From assembly GCA_040261535.1 (NCBI GenBank), contig JBDQNU010000007.1:1927-65926 (forward strand): 64,000 bases of DNA. Direction: 5' to 3'. The position numbers and the translations under genes are program-made. The stretch's first letter is position 1. Every line of letters starts with the position of its first letter. The DNA comes from Poseidonia sp. (GTDB lineage Archaea; Thermoplasmatota; Poseidoniia; Poseidoniales; Poseidoniaceae). The notes beneath the pieces were generated by a model that did no database searches, was not told the origin of the DNA, and saw only the letters and a list, made by a program, of their open reading frames with translations. This document shows, piece by piece, positions 44,673 through 53,911 of the stretch.

Positions 44673-45717
44673 CGGGCCATTGCGAGGTACAAACCGAGAG
44701 AAGCCTCGTCACGTCTTCGTCCGTAATGTGGAGGTGGACGACAAATCGAACCCGGTGTGCTCCCGTGTCCAAGACATCGATCCCGTGAGATGCGAGGGTC
44801 TGCACGATGTCCTTTGCAGGGGAGCGGCAGTCGACGTACACCATGTTGGTCTGAACGGTCGCCATGTCAACCGTGAACTCGGGCAAGCGGTTCAATTCCT
44901 CGGCAAGGGTTCGCGCCCGGGCGTGGTCTTCGGCCAGTCGCTCGACGTGATGGTCCAGAGCGTGGCCGCATGCAGCAGCGAGGAGGCCCGCCTGACGCCA
45001 TCCCCCTCCGAACATTTTTCGCCATCGATGAGCGTTTTCAATGAAACGCCGGCTTCCGACCAGGACCGAGCCAACGGGAGCCCCAAGGCCTTTGGAAAAA
45101 CAAATCGAAACCGAATCGTAGCCAGCACACATCCGAGCAACATCGACGCCGGTTGCCGTCGCAGCGTTGAAGATTCGAGCCCCATCAAGGTGCGTCGCAC
45201 ACCCCATCTCCCGAGCGACAGAAGCAATGTCGTCCAAGGTGCTGAGGTCGTAGCACGTTCCGCCACCGAGGTTGGACGTGTTTTCCACGCACACGAGGCT
45301 TCCGTTGGGGTAATGACTGCCCGAACCGTCCGCTTTCCGCACGGCGCTACGGACTTGTTCGGCCGTCATCAATCCCTTTTCGCCATCGACCAGCGCCACA
45401 GATGCTCCACACAACGCAGCGTACCCTCCACCTTCGTAGCGATAGATGTGGGCCGTCTTGTCGCACACGATTTCGTCGCCCGGAACTGTATGGGTCCGAA
45501 GGGCAACGGCGTTGGCCATGGTTCCGGAAGCGACGAACAGCCCCGCTTCTTTTCCGAACATCGTGGCGACCCGTTCTTGCAAGGCGATCACCGTCGGATC
45601 ATCGCCCAAAACATCGTCGCCAACGGGCGCTGAAGCCATCGTTTTCCGCATGGCTGTCGTCGGTTGTGTGACCGTGTCGGAACGGAAATCAACACGGGTT
45701 GAGGGGTGTTCGCGCAT
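44659..45717 (-). CDS. ltaE: low-specificity L-threonine aldolase
   Basis: The N-terminus DFRSDTVTQPTTAMRKTMASAPVGDDVLGDDPTV...LQERVATMFGKEAGLFVASGTMAN is the canonical LtaE/GLY1 start. A PLP lysine region is present (CFSKGLGAPVG). Confidence 0.85.
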   Translation of the reverse strand: MREHPSTRVDFRSDTVTQPTTAMRKTMASAPVGDDVLGDDPTVIALQERVATMFGKEAGLFVASGTMANAVALRTHTVPGDEIVCDKTAHIYRYEGGGYAALCGASVALVDGEKGLMTAEQVRSAVRKADGSGSHYPNGSLVCVENTSNLGGGTCYDLSTLDDIASVAREMGCATHLDGARIFNAATATGVDVARMCAGYDSVSICFSKGLGAPVGSVLVGSRRFIENAHRWRKMFGGGWRQAGLLAAACGHALDHHVERLAEDHARARTLAEELNRLPEFTVDMATVQTNMVYVDCRSPAKDIVQTLASHGIDVLDTGAHRVRFVVHLHITDEDVTRLLSVCTSQWPVDTS

Positions 45718-45753
45718 GCAGGAGCCTCGTGACTCTCCTTCATGAAAGCCGTG

Positions 45754-46170
45754 TCAAAGCAATTTCAAATCACCGGTGATGGAATCCAACACCTCGGCAT
45801 CGAAGGGGCCCAAGGCCAAGACGGTTGACGACCCCTTCGGAATTTGGGTATGCCCGGCGTCGTTGATGAGGCGCGCCGGTACCCCTCTTACCGAGGCGAC
45901 TTCCATCAGGGCTCGAAAGTGCGTTTCATCGGGAACCTTGACGCAGATCTTCTTTTGGCCGGCGGCAAGCCAAGCCTCGACATGTCCAGGGTGGCTTGCA
46001 CCGGCCCGCAGGAAGGCTTCCACCGAAGCGTGACCCACCTGCGCAGCGATCTTCCCTTTGCCCATTTTGAGGCCTTGATTCACAACGCAAACGAGTTTGA
46101 CATCGGCGCCCACCGGGTCGAGAACGGGTTTTGGCGCCGTGATGCGGTGCAAAAAGGAGCGAAGACCCAT
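45754..46170 (-). CDS. pth2: peptidyl-tRNA hydrolase, archaeal/eukaryotic Pth2 type
   Basis: Contains KLVCVVNQGLKMGKGKIAAQVGHASV, GQKKICVKV and INDAGHTQIPKGSSTVLALGP, all conserved Pth2 blocks. Confidence 0.85.
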   Translation of the reverse strand: MGLRSFLHRITAPKPVLDPVGADVKLVCVVNQGLKMGKGKIAAQVGHASVEAFLRAGASHPGHVEAWLAAGQKKICVKVPDETHFRALMEVASVRGVPARLINDAGHTQIPKGSSTVLALGPFDAEVLDSITGDLKLL

Positions 46171-46179
46171 GGTGCACCC

Positions 46180-46509
46180 TCACAACGTTTCCAAGTGACC
46201 CAACAACGCGTCCATGCTTCGTCGGGGGCCCAGCATGCCCAAGACCGTCACCGTGCCGGCCGGTACTTCGGTGTGGCCTGCGTCACGAACCACCGAAGCA
46301 TAGCAACCCTCGGGAACACGGGCGGCCAGTTCGTGAAGAGCGGTTTCGTTCTCGACGCCCAAGACGATCTTTCGGGCACCTCCAGCCCGCCACCGTTCCA
46401 ACAGACGGGACCGTCGTGCTCGCTGAACGACATCGACAGCTGCATGAGCGCATTGGGCGGCGGTTTTTCCGATGCTCAAACCAAGGTCAAGACGGACGAT
46501 CAGCGCCAT
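46180..46509 (-). CDS. pth2: second, divergent Pth2-family peptidyl-tRNA hydrolase paralogue
   Basis: Contains MALIVRLDLGLSIGKTAAQCAHAAV, GARKIVLGV and VRDAGHTEVPAGTVTVLGMLGP. The start at 46509 avoids overlapping the upstream gene; the ORF track extends to 46560. Confidence 0.75.
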   Translation of the reverse strand: MALIVRLDLGLSIGKTAAQCAHAAVDVVQRARRSRLLERWRAGGARKIVLGVENETALHELAARVPEGCYASVVRDAGHTEVPAGTVTVLGMLGPRRSMDALLGHLETL

Positions 46510-46519
46510 GCTGGGAGCA

Positions 46520-47224
46520 TCACCCATGGACGACATGAACATCACCCACGTGTTGAACATCGTCCGAAACGGTCGTCAACCCACGGAAGAAGCCGTGAAG
46601 GAACGGACCAAACCAAACGGCGAAGACGAGGTTCCCCAAAGCATGGACGGCGTCGTACGGCAACCCGTGAAGGAGGAGAAGGGCAAAGCCCGTTGCGGAA
46701 ACGCTGCCGTCGATGAGCGAGAGAGTGGAAATGAATCCGAAGAGGAAGGCCGAGATGGCGGCGAGGCTGCACAGGCGTTTCACATCGAGAACGTCCGCAT
46801 CAGCGGAGAGGAAGCGTGACCCAAGGACAGCGACGCTCGCCCAACCCGCTGCTTGGAAGAGCGTCCACCAACCGTCGCCGATCAGCATGTTTGACAACAA
46901 CGCCACGAGAACGGCGAACGCTGCACCGCGCCGTGCACCGAAGTGAGCACCCACCAAAAGGGCGGCCACCGTCACCGGTTGCACGTTGGGAAGCGGTTGC
47001 ATCATGACGCGAAGCGCAGCCACGGAAACGACGAGGGTGGCCAGGGCGGCAACGGCGAGTCGATGACTTCGACGGCCAGAAAACAGGAAAACAAAGGCTG
47101 CTCCCACCATGAGCGTGTTCAGAAGCGCATGGGCAAGCGGTGTGAGTTCAGGCCCGTGCACACCCATGGCTTGGAACATGTACCCTGCGAAGAGGAGCGC
47201 CCCCTTGAGGCTTACCTCCCTCAA
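46520..47224 (-). CDS. polytopic membrane protein, ECF-transporter S-component-like
   Basis: Six hydrophobic helices. NVQPVTVAALLVGAHFGARRGAAFAVLVALLSNMLIGDGWWTLFQAAGWASVAVLG resembles the ECF S-component core, but the resemblance is weak and from memory. The start is TTG at 47224 or ATG at 47179. Confidence 0.4.
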   Translation of the reverse strand: MREVSLKGALLFAGYMFQAMGVHGPELTPLAHALLNTLMVGAAFVFLFSGRRSHRLAVAALATLVVSVAALRVMMQPLPNVQPVTVAALLVGAHFGARRGAAFAVLVALLSNMLIGDGWWTLFQAAGWASVAVLGSRFLSADADVLDVKRLCSLAAISAFLFGFISTLSLIDGSVSATGFALLLLHGLPYDAVHALGNLVFAVWFGPFLHGFFRGLTTVSDDVQHVGDVHVVHG

Positions 47225-48867
47225 ACAAGACGCCAGACCAAAACTTCGTCGCTTTTCATCGGGGCATCGTCAACGGCCAAGGTTCCACGCTCACCGTTCT
47301 GGGTGTATTCCCAACCCGAAGCCGACGTACCGTTGATGGAGACGAGATAGGTTCCGATGGCGGTTTCATCCAACCTCAAGGAGAGCCCCAACTCGTCGGC
47401 AGCCGCTTGGGTGGCCTCAAGCACCGTGCCGTGTCCAACCAATCCTCCCACCACGAGGCTTTCTTCTGGGAACGAGAAGACAACGACTTGTGTCCCGAGC
47501 CAAGCATCCGGCCAGGACGGGTCCCATGCATCGGCCTGCGTCGTTTCAGGAGCAGACCCCCAGCGTTCGGACCACGATGCCCCCAAAGCAGGAAGCATGG
47601 CGACCGAGAGAACGAGAAACGTCAACGAAAGGCAACGCCATGCCCACAAAAGTTCGCCTCTCGAAGCCAAGATGGCGATGCCCGTGAAAGCCAAGAGCAG
47701 GCCGAGGGCAGGAAGGGTCACGCTGTCGCCGTCTTCAGCTGCCTCGTCTACGGGCAGTTCGTCATCAAGAGCGAGAAGAATACCCGCATCGTTGCCCAAA
47801 TAGAGGCGTCCGTTGAACGCTGCTGGAGCGGATGTTCCGTACCCGTCGAAACTGGTGTTCACGGGGGATTCCACCGCGAGCGTTCCCCCTTCGTTGATGC
47901 GCACCGTCATCCAACCCTGACCGGGGGCGTTGACCGGTGCGTGGAACACCGCTGAAGCGGTCCAAGCCATTTCACCGTTCACAGGGCCCGATAGGGACGA
48001 TACAATCGCACACTGAGGATCGCATTTCACCGAAGTGACACCGCTGCTATCGGCGAAGACGCCGCCACTATCCGTTGGGAGCGGGAGGGCTGGCGATGGG
48101 CCCAAGTTGGCGACCTCCTCCAAGTCCCCGCTGGTGCTGTTGTAGGCCAGCAGCACCGAGGCATCGGGAGTTTGAGCGTGAAGGAGGAAGCGATCACCGA
48201 CCACGACAGGCGCATGACGCAAAGCCCCCACCAAGCTCGTGACGTGCGTTGCCGTGCCGTTGCGACCCACGGACCAAAGGCGACCGGATTCGTCACCAAT
48301 CCAAAAGCCGTCATCCGTAACGGAAACACCGTTTCGCCAACCCAAACCCGTTTGCGTCTCAAAATCGACCGAACCGTCCGCTAAACAATACCGGCCAACC
48401 CCTTGTCGGAGAGGTACGACAATGTGGTCGCCGTCCAACGCCGGCGATCCGGTGATGCCCCAGACGTCCACCGGGGTCTCAACCGACCAAACCAGACGCC
48501 CCGAGGAGCGCTCCCTCGCTTCAAAAGTCCCGTCCGTCCACCCGACCAGCAAGAGGTCGATCCAGCTGCCGCACGCCCCCTCCCCCGAGGGGACAAGCAG
48601 GAGCGGAGTCATGTCGTGTTGGGTGGCGTTGGGGTTGCTGTACCGCCATTCAACCTCCCCCGTGTGACGTACGGCAAGCACCTCTGGACGCTCCTCGCCC
48701 GTCCAAAAACCGGAGGTCCTCACGTAGACCCGGTCGTCATCAACAACCGGAGCGGTCGTGATGTATCCCGGGCCGACATCCAAGGTCCAAGCCGGAGAAG
48801 CGGTTTGAGCGACGGGCAACAAAAGCAGCAGACAAAAAATCGTGAGGGCCAACGAGGCGACCCGCAT
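47221..48867 (-). CDS. secreted PQQ-like beta-propeller protein with two TM helices and C-terminal DUF4430 (transcobalamin-like) domain
   Basis: Signal peptide MRVASLALTIFCLLLLLPVAQTA. Repeated D(D/G)DR.(Y/F/I)V propeller strands are present. The C-terminus GTVLEATQAAADELGLSL..IGTYLVSINGTSASGWEYTQNGERG....SDEVLVWRLV matches the DUF4430 pattern (G.Y..SING....GW.Y.VNG...D.V.W). Confidence 0.6.
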   Translation of the reverse strand: MRVASLALTIFCLLLLLPVAQTASPAWTLDVGPGYITTAPVVDDDRVYVRTSGFWTGEERPEVLAVRHTGEVEWRYSNPNATQHDMTPLLLVPSGEGACGSWIDLLLVGWTDGTFEARERSSGRLVWSVETPVDVWGITGSPALDGDHIVVPLRQGVGRYCLADGSVDFETQTGLGWRNGVSVTDDGFWIGDESGRLWSVGRNGTATHVTSLVGALRHAPVVVGDRFLLHAQTPDASVLLAYNSTSGDLEEVANLGPSPALPLPTDSGGVFADSSGVTSVKCDPQCAIVSSLSGPVNGEMAWTASAVFHAPVNAPGQGWMTVRINEGGTLAVESPVNTSFDGYGTSAPAAFNGRLYLGNDAGILLALDDELPVDEAAEDGDSVTLPALGLLLAFTGIAILASRGELLWAWRCLSLTFLVLSVAMLPALGASWSERWGSAPETTQADAWDPSWPDAWLGTQVVVFSFPEESLVVGGLVGHGTVLEATQAAADELGLSLRLDETAIGTYLVSINGTSASGWEYTQNGERGTLAVDDAPMKSDEVLVWRLV

Positions 48868-48874
48868 GATGTGC

Positions 48875-50893
48875 TCACTCCATCGCTGCTTGGATAGCAG
48901 CCCTCAACAAGGCGCTGACCTCTTTGCCGTCGGCACCACCGGCTACCTGCATCACCACGCCCATCAAAGGCCCCATGGCGCCCATGCCACGTTCTTTGAC
49001 GAAGTCAAGCCGTTCAGCGACGATGGCGTTGATGACCTCGGCCAAACCACCGATGTCGGCAGGCGCCAAGTCATGGGTTTCGCAATAAGCGGACAAGGTG
49101 GCGAGGGATGGCGCCTGGCCGCTATGATGTTCAACGACCCGGTCGATGTGGTCCCGTGCAAGGTGGCCGTCTTCTTTGAGACGCAGAATGTTGGCGAGCA
49201 AGGTAGGCGGCTCTTCATCGTGGGTCAACAGCAGCGCTGCCCACGCCTTGGCAGGCAGCGCCGCGGCGTGCTCGCAGAACGCATCGTCCAATTCGCGGGC
49301 GAGCAACTGCTCGGCTTGATCTGCAGAGATAGCAAAGGTTCCAAGTCGCGTCGCTCGCTCATCGTCCGACATCGGCAGGGATTCGAGGACGCGTTCCCAT
49401 TGCGTTGCACCGAGGCTCTGCGGCGGGACGTCGGTTTCTGGGTACATTCGAGAGCGTCCGGGCAAAGGACGCATCGGCGAGGTGGTGCCGTCTTCGGGGG
49501 CACCTTTCTTCACGACCACGTTTCGAACTTCCTGCGGGATGCGATGCCAAGCGAGGCGGGCGCGTGCCAAGACGGCTTCAAGCGCAAGATGGGCCTGCCA
49601 GGCGGGGGCGCAACACAGCACGAAACCGTCATCAGAACCGAGGTTGAGGCTTGACCGGAGGCGGTTGACTTCGCCCTCCTCAATTCCGTAGGCGGGGAGT
49701 TCATCGGCATGGAAGATGCCTTTGACACCGGCGAGTTTGGCGGCCCCGGCCAGTTCTCGGCCGAGTCGGGGCATCTGCGCGCCCTCGTTGTCGAGGGTCT
49801 TCGTACCGAGTTTCCCCAAGAGACCGGGCAACGGCAAGGCCATCATCACCGCTCCTTTTGCAAGAGCATCACGAACCATGCCCGAATCGGTGTCTTCGAA
49901 GATGTCGGAAACGTCGTGGAGGTCGAGAGGTATCCGTTCGCTCACCTTGCTCGCCACCTCCGCTTCCAAAGCCTCCTCGTCGTCGTCTCGATTGGAGGGG
50001 AGCGGGGGCAGGTCAAGCGAGGCTCGCAGTTCGTTGGCCAGGCGGTAAAAATGCAGTTGACGCCCCATTTCCAGGCGGACAATGCGCGGTATCCAACCCA
50101 AGTCTTGACACCCTTTGATCTCCACTCGGTCGCCCGCAGCGATGGAGACGTTGAGGTCCTGTCGAATGCTGCCAAGACCGCGGCGAACGCAACGGGTCTG
50201 CCGAAGCACGCGACCCAAGGCTTTGGCCGTGGTTTTGGCATGGTCGGGAGAGACGATGTCGGGCGAAGTAGCGATTTCAATCAGCGGAAGGCCGAGCCGG
50301 TCGAGATTGTAGAGCACTTGTTGTCCGTTTGAGAGGTCGATCGTGTCCAATTTACGAGCGCTGTCTTCCTCGAGACAGACCACATCGATGCCGACATCGC
50401 CCTCTTCGGTGGCCAGAACGCCGTCGGTGGCGATCAGCGAGGTCCGCTGAAACCCGCTGGTGTTCGAACCGTCGACAACGGTCTTTCGCATGGTCTGAAT
50501 CAGAGAGACCGGTTGAGCCTTCAACAGAGCGGACACGGTGAGGGAAATTTGTACAGCGTCCTCATCCAGAGCAAGCGGAGGTGCTTCGTCCAGTTCGATA
50601 AGGCCGGCGTTGGGCGATTGGGCGTACACAAAACTGCGGTTGCGCTTGGATTCAAACCTCGCAGCGACATCGATGGCTCCTCCTTCACCCCGGGAGGCTC
50701 GTAGGCGCCGTTCGTACCGGGGCCAATCCTCGGGAAGGGTGTCAACGGTGATGTCGTAGAGTTCGCCGCTTTGACGCGAGTGGAGTTTACCCGTTGCGAG
50801 TTGCTGATGCACCTCAATGCCGCACATGAACCCCAATTCGGATGGAATCAGGCTTTCCGGCCGCTGAACATCGCCTTTGGGTTCATCGGCCAT
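48875..50893 (-). CDS. gatE: Glu-tRNA(Gln) amidotransferase subunit E
   Basis: The N-terminal GFMCGIEVHQQLATGKLH (GatB/E cradle start), the archaeal-specific insertion domain, and the C-terminal GatB/YqeY-like tail (FVKERGMGAMGPLMGVVM) are all present. Confidence 0.85.
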   Translation of the reverse strand: MADEPKGDVQRPESLIPSELGFMCGIEVHQQLATGKLHSRQSGELYDITVDTLPEDWPRYERRLRASRGEGGAIDVAARFESKRNRSFVYAQSPNAGLIELDEAPPLALDEDAVQISLTVSALLKAQPVSLIQTMRKTVVDGSNTSGFQRTSLIATDGVLATEEGDVGIDVVCLEEDSARKLDTIDLSNGQQVLYNLDRLGLPLIEIATSPDIVSPDHAKTTAKALGRVLRQTRCVRRGLGSIRQDLNVSIAAGDRVEIKGCQDLGWIPRIVRLEMGRQLHFYRLANELRASLDLPPLPSNRDDDEEALEAEVASKVSERIPLDLHDVSDIFEDTDSGMVRDALAKGAVMMALPLPGLLGKLGTKTLDNEGAQMPRLGRELAGAAKLAGVKGIFHADELPAYGIEEGEVNRLRSSLNLGSDDGFVLCCAPAWQAHLALEAVLARARLAWHRIPQEVRNVVVKKGAPEDGTTSPMRPLPGRSRMYPETDVPPQSLGATQWERVLESLPMSDDERATRLGTFAISADQAEQLLARELDDAFCEHAAALPAKAWAALLLTHDEEPPTLLANILRLKEDGHLARDHIDRVVEHHSGQAPSLATLSAYCETHDLAPADIGGLAEVINAIVAERLDFVKERGMGAMGPLMGVVMQVAGGADGKEVSALLRAAIQAAME

Positions 50894-50941
50894 GGGACGG
50901 GGACGGGCTCACCCTTCATGAGCACCTCGCTTCAATGAGGA

Positions 50942-53071
50942 TTAAACCACTTGAAGCGTCTCGTAACCACCCGGACGCATCATGCGGCCGTCGCGACACA
51001 GTTTGTCAATGATGTCCTCCGCTTTTGCCCGAGGAATGTCGCGTCGTTCAGCCTCGTTGAGCACCGCCAATAAGTCGGCATGGTTTCCGCTCTCGTTTTG
51101 AAGCTGGGACACCGTGTCGAGGATGAATTTCTCTTGGTTGCGTACCGTCCCTTTCTTCCCGGATTCAATGGTCGTCAAATCGAAGTTTTCGCCCATCAAC
51201 TCGTGACGCCAGGTCTCGGTCAGACGGATAGCACGGTCGGCATCCGCCACCGTGGCGATGTCGGTCAAGCGAATCCGTGCACTCGCTTCTGCAAGCCGAG
51301 ACAGCGCCTCCAATGACCGGGCCGTGATGGCGACGCTGTCTTGCGATTCTCCGCCTTTCTTTCGAGTCGAAACGTAATAGGTCACGATTTTTTCCCGGGC
51401 CTCATCGTTGAGTTTTGGATGGAAATTCCGCTTTGAGAAGGCCACGTACTTTCGAAGGACATCGCGCGAAAGATGCGTGTATCTCCCGTCCTTGTTGGTG
51501 GTGGATTTCTTGGCGGCTGAGGCGCGTGACGGGTCGGGAATGGTGCCTTCGTTGACCAACAATTCGCTGCTTCCTTCAACTCGGGTTTTGATGATGTGCT
51601 GTGCGATTTTTTCGTCGCTGGATTCGTCGGGCGTGTCCGTGAGCAGCCAGATGATGTCAAAACGGGAGATAAGCGGCGGGGCGAGATTGATTTGTCCCGT
51701 GAACGGAACGTCGCTGACCGGCTGGAACCGTCCGCTGGTGGGGTTTGCAGCGGCAAGAACAGCGCATCGCGTTCGCAAACTTGCATTGATTCCCGCTTTT
51801 GATATGGAGATGGTTTGCTGTTCCATCGCTTCGTGCATGCTCGACCGGTCGGCATTGTTCATTTTGTCAAACTCGTCAATCGCCGCCAAGCCGAGGTCTG
51901 CAAGCACCAAAGCACCCGCTTCAAGCGTCCACCGACCGTCAGCGGCGGCGTCTTGAACCGCGGCTGCGGTCAAACCCGCTGCGGAAGCCGATTTCCCCGA
52001 GGCGAAGCGGCCGCGAGGGGAAATGGTGGACATGTAGTGCAGCAGTTGGGATTTTGCGACACCTGGGTCGCCCATGAGCAGGATGTGAATGTCGCCTCGG
52101 TTTCGGGTGCCGTCTTCGTTGACTTGGGCCTCACCGCCGAAGAGTTGCAACATCAAGGATTCCTTTACTCGCTCCATTCCAAAAATCGAAGGGGCGATGC
52201 TGCGGATGAGCACGTCGTAGACTTCGGGGTCTCGAGCGATGGTTTTGATCTCCGTCTCCTCTTCCTCGGTGATGACGATCTCTTCGAGGGGAATGTTTTG
52301 CCGCTCAAGCGAGTGGATGCGGAGGAAGATGTCGAACACCGGCGTGTCTTTTCCACCCTTGCGCTGGGAGCGAATGAAGAGGACGCCGTTGGCTTTGACC
52401 CGGTCGCCGGGGTTCAAGCGCCCGGCCAAGTCCTGTTCGGCGATGCAAACGATGCGCTCCGGCTGAATACCTCCTTTCATTTGCTCGGGAAGTTCTTGAA
52501 GTTCGATGAACTGTGAATTGATGAGGTGCGAAGATTGCTGCTGAAGAAGGAAGCGGGTCTGCCGCTTCGGGCGGCCGCATCCGCCTTCGATCTGCGAGCA
52601 CTCGAGAGGCTCGATGAGTTCCTGCTCGTTGGGTTGTTTGATATCCATCACGTGACCGCACGCCACGCACTCGAACACGGCCGTGTAAAGGCGAGGGCGT
52701 ACACCGGAGATTTTCGTCGTCACGGCGTCGATGGCGATGAGACGATCAATGTCGCCGGCTCGGAGTTGGGAAACCGTTCGGACTTGGTCGGGAGGAAGGT
52801 GAACGATTCGTACGAAAGGAAGGATGTTGCCTGCGCCGATGTCAAGCATGAATTGTTGAAGCGCATCGTTGGCCGCATCGAAGTGCAAATCGGGCTTGGC
52901 GAGGATGTCTTGGGCGAACTCGTGATCATATCCCTCCACTTCCCGATAGGAGACATCAAGCGATTCCGTGTCGGGCCACAACTTTGACAGGTTGTGAATG
53001 GCTTCAGAGTATTTGTCCTGCAGCAGCGAAGTCCATCTCGCTGGAAGGTCAAATTCCTGAATCGCTGCCAT
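50942..53071 (-). CDS. mcm: MCM replicative helicase (no intein)
   Basis: Zn motif CVACGHVMD...CSQIEGGCG, Walker A IHILLMGDPGVAKSQLL, Walker B AIDEFDKM, Arg finger SRFDIIWLL, and a C-terminal winged-helix-like end. The 709-aa size fits. Confidence 0.92.
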   Translation of the reverse strand: MAAIQEFDLPARWTSLLQDKYSEAIHNLSKLWPDTESLDVSYREVEGYDHEFAQDILAKPDLHFDAANDALQQFMLDIGAGNILPFVRIVHLPPDQVRTVSQLRAGDIDRLIAIDAVTTKISGVRPRLYTAVFECVACGHVMDIKQPNEQELIEPLECSQIEGGCGRPKRQTRFLLQQQSSHLINSQFIELQELPEQMKGGIQPERIVCIAEQDLAGRLNPGDRVKANGVLFIRSQRKGGKDTPVFDIFLRIHSLERQNIPLEEIVITEEEETEIKTIARDPEVYDVLIRSIAPSIFGMERVKESLMLQLFGGEAQVNEDGTRNRGDIHILLMGDPGVAKSQLLHYMSTISPRGRFASGKSASAAGLTAAAVQDAAADGRWTLEAGALVLADLGLAAIDEFDKMNNADRSSMHEAMEQQTISISKAGINASLRTRCAVLAAANPTSGRFQPVSDVPFTGQINLAPPLISRFDIIWLLTDTPDESSDEKIAQHIIKTRVEGSSELLVNEGTIPDPSRASAAKKSTTNKDGRYTHLSRDVLRKYVAFSKRNFHPKLNDEAREKIVTYYVSTRKKGGESQDSVAITARSLEALSRLAEASARIRLTDIATVADADRAIRLTETWRHELMGENFDLTTIESGKKGTVRNQEKFILDTVSQLQNESGNHADLLAVLNEAERRDIPRAKAEDIIDKLCRDGRMMRPGGYETLQVV

Positions 53072-53110
53072 GATGAGAACCGCCGGGCGTTGAACAACAT
53101 CGGCGACGCC

Positions 53111-53117
53111 ATTTAAT
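53111..53117 (-). promoter_or_regulatory. TATA-like element (ATTTAAT) ~42 nt upstream of the mcm ATG
   Basis: The only A/T heptamer in the mcm-proximal part of the 186-nt divergent spacer. Confidence 0.2.
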
Positions 53118-53257
53118 GCTTCTTGGCCTCAAGGTGGACCCCTTGGTTTCCACTGGAGAACATTGGGTGCTCAAGGCTCGCCTACCAGCGAAAACCGATG
53201 ACGAGTGGAACCTCGCCAAACGGAAGAATCCTTGTAGTGTCGACCGCTGGTAACAGC

Positions 53258-53869
53258 ATGAAAGTGACCTTTGCGCACGGCCTTTGGAGCGGCCCTAACA
53301 GCAGCAAAGCTGCGTGGATGCGAGACCAAGGCTGGGAGGTGGTGGCCATCGATATGCGGAAGTTTGGCTGGGACCAAGCGAGTCAGACGAAGGCAGTCTT
53401 GGAAACCATCGACAACGAAGGGCCGTTTGACCTGCTCATTGGCTCCTCCTTTGGTGGGTTGGCGACCGCAAACGCGGCTGCTCAACGCCCTGACCTCGAC
53501 CTCCGCCTCCTCTTGCTCGCCCCAGCATTTGGTTATCCAGAACTCGTCTCGGCAACGCTTGGAAAGGCCGGGATGCTGGCGTGGGAGACCAACGGGACGC
53601 ATGCTTTTCACCCGCCGGGTTGGGACCAGGAAATTGTTCTTCCATGGTCGTTTGTCGAAGCCAGTCGTCCGCTGGCATGGCCGGATTTACCGCACCCGAC
53701 CGTGATTTTGCACGGCACGGAGGACGACGTGGTCCCCCTCGAAAACAGCCTGCTCGCTGCAGCAAAGAACCCGGGCGTTCACGTTGAAGAAGTGGTCGAT
53801 GGGCACCGCCTTCACGGCAGCCTGCCCCGCCTCTTGCCGCTATCGGACCGCTTACGAAACGCGTCCTGA
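53258..53869 (+). CDS. small alpha/beta-fold esterase-like protein
   Basis: The ATG at 53258 gives MKVTFAHGLWSGP (HG oxyanion-type start), a nucleophile-elbow-like GSSFGG, and a late HGTEDDVVP ... GH motif. The upstream TTG extension is rejected. Confidence 0.55.
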   Translation: MKVTFAHGLWSGPNSSKAAWMRDQGWEVVAIDMRKFGWDQASQTKAVLETIDNEGPFDLLIGSSFGGLATANAAAQRPDLDLRLLLLAPAFGYPELVSATLGKAGMLAWETNGTHAFHPPGWDQEIVLPWSFVEASRPLAWPDLPHPTVILHGTEDDVVPLENSLLAAAKNPGVHVEEVVDGHRLHGSLPRLLPLSDRLRNAS

Positions 53870-53911
53870 GCGAGCGGTTTCTTCATGAGACGGCTTGACG
53901 TGGCCGTCTCC

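Noticed and set aside
47199-47215. A fourth, reverse-oriented relative of the recurrent motif (plus-strand GAGGCTTACCTCC at the junction of genes 46520-47224 and 47221-48867)
   Set aside because: It differs in the loop (TTAC against TTGAC), lies on the opposite strand relative to the genes, and is inside coding sequence. It is most likely a coincidence.
53072-53257. Replication origin next to mcm
   Set aside because: The spacer is not AT-rich and shows no ORB-like direct or inverted repeats or duplex-unwinding element. No orc1/cdc6 gene is adjacent.
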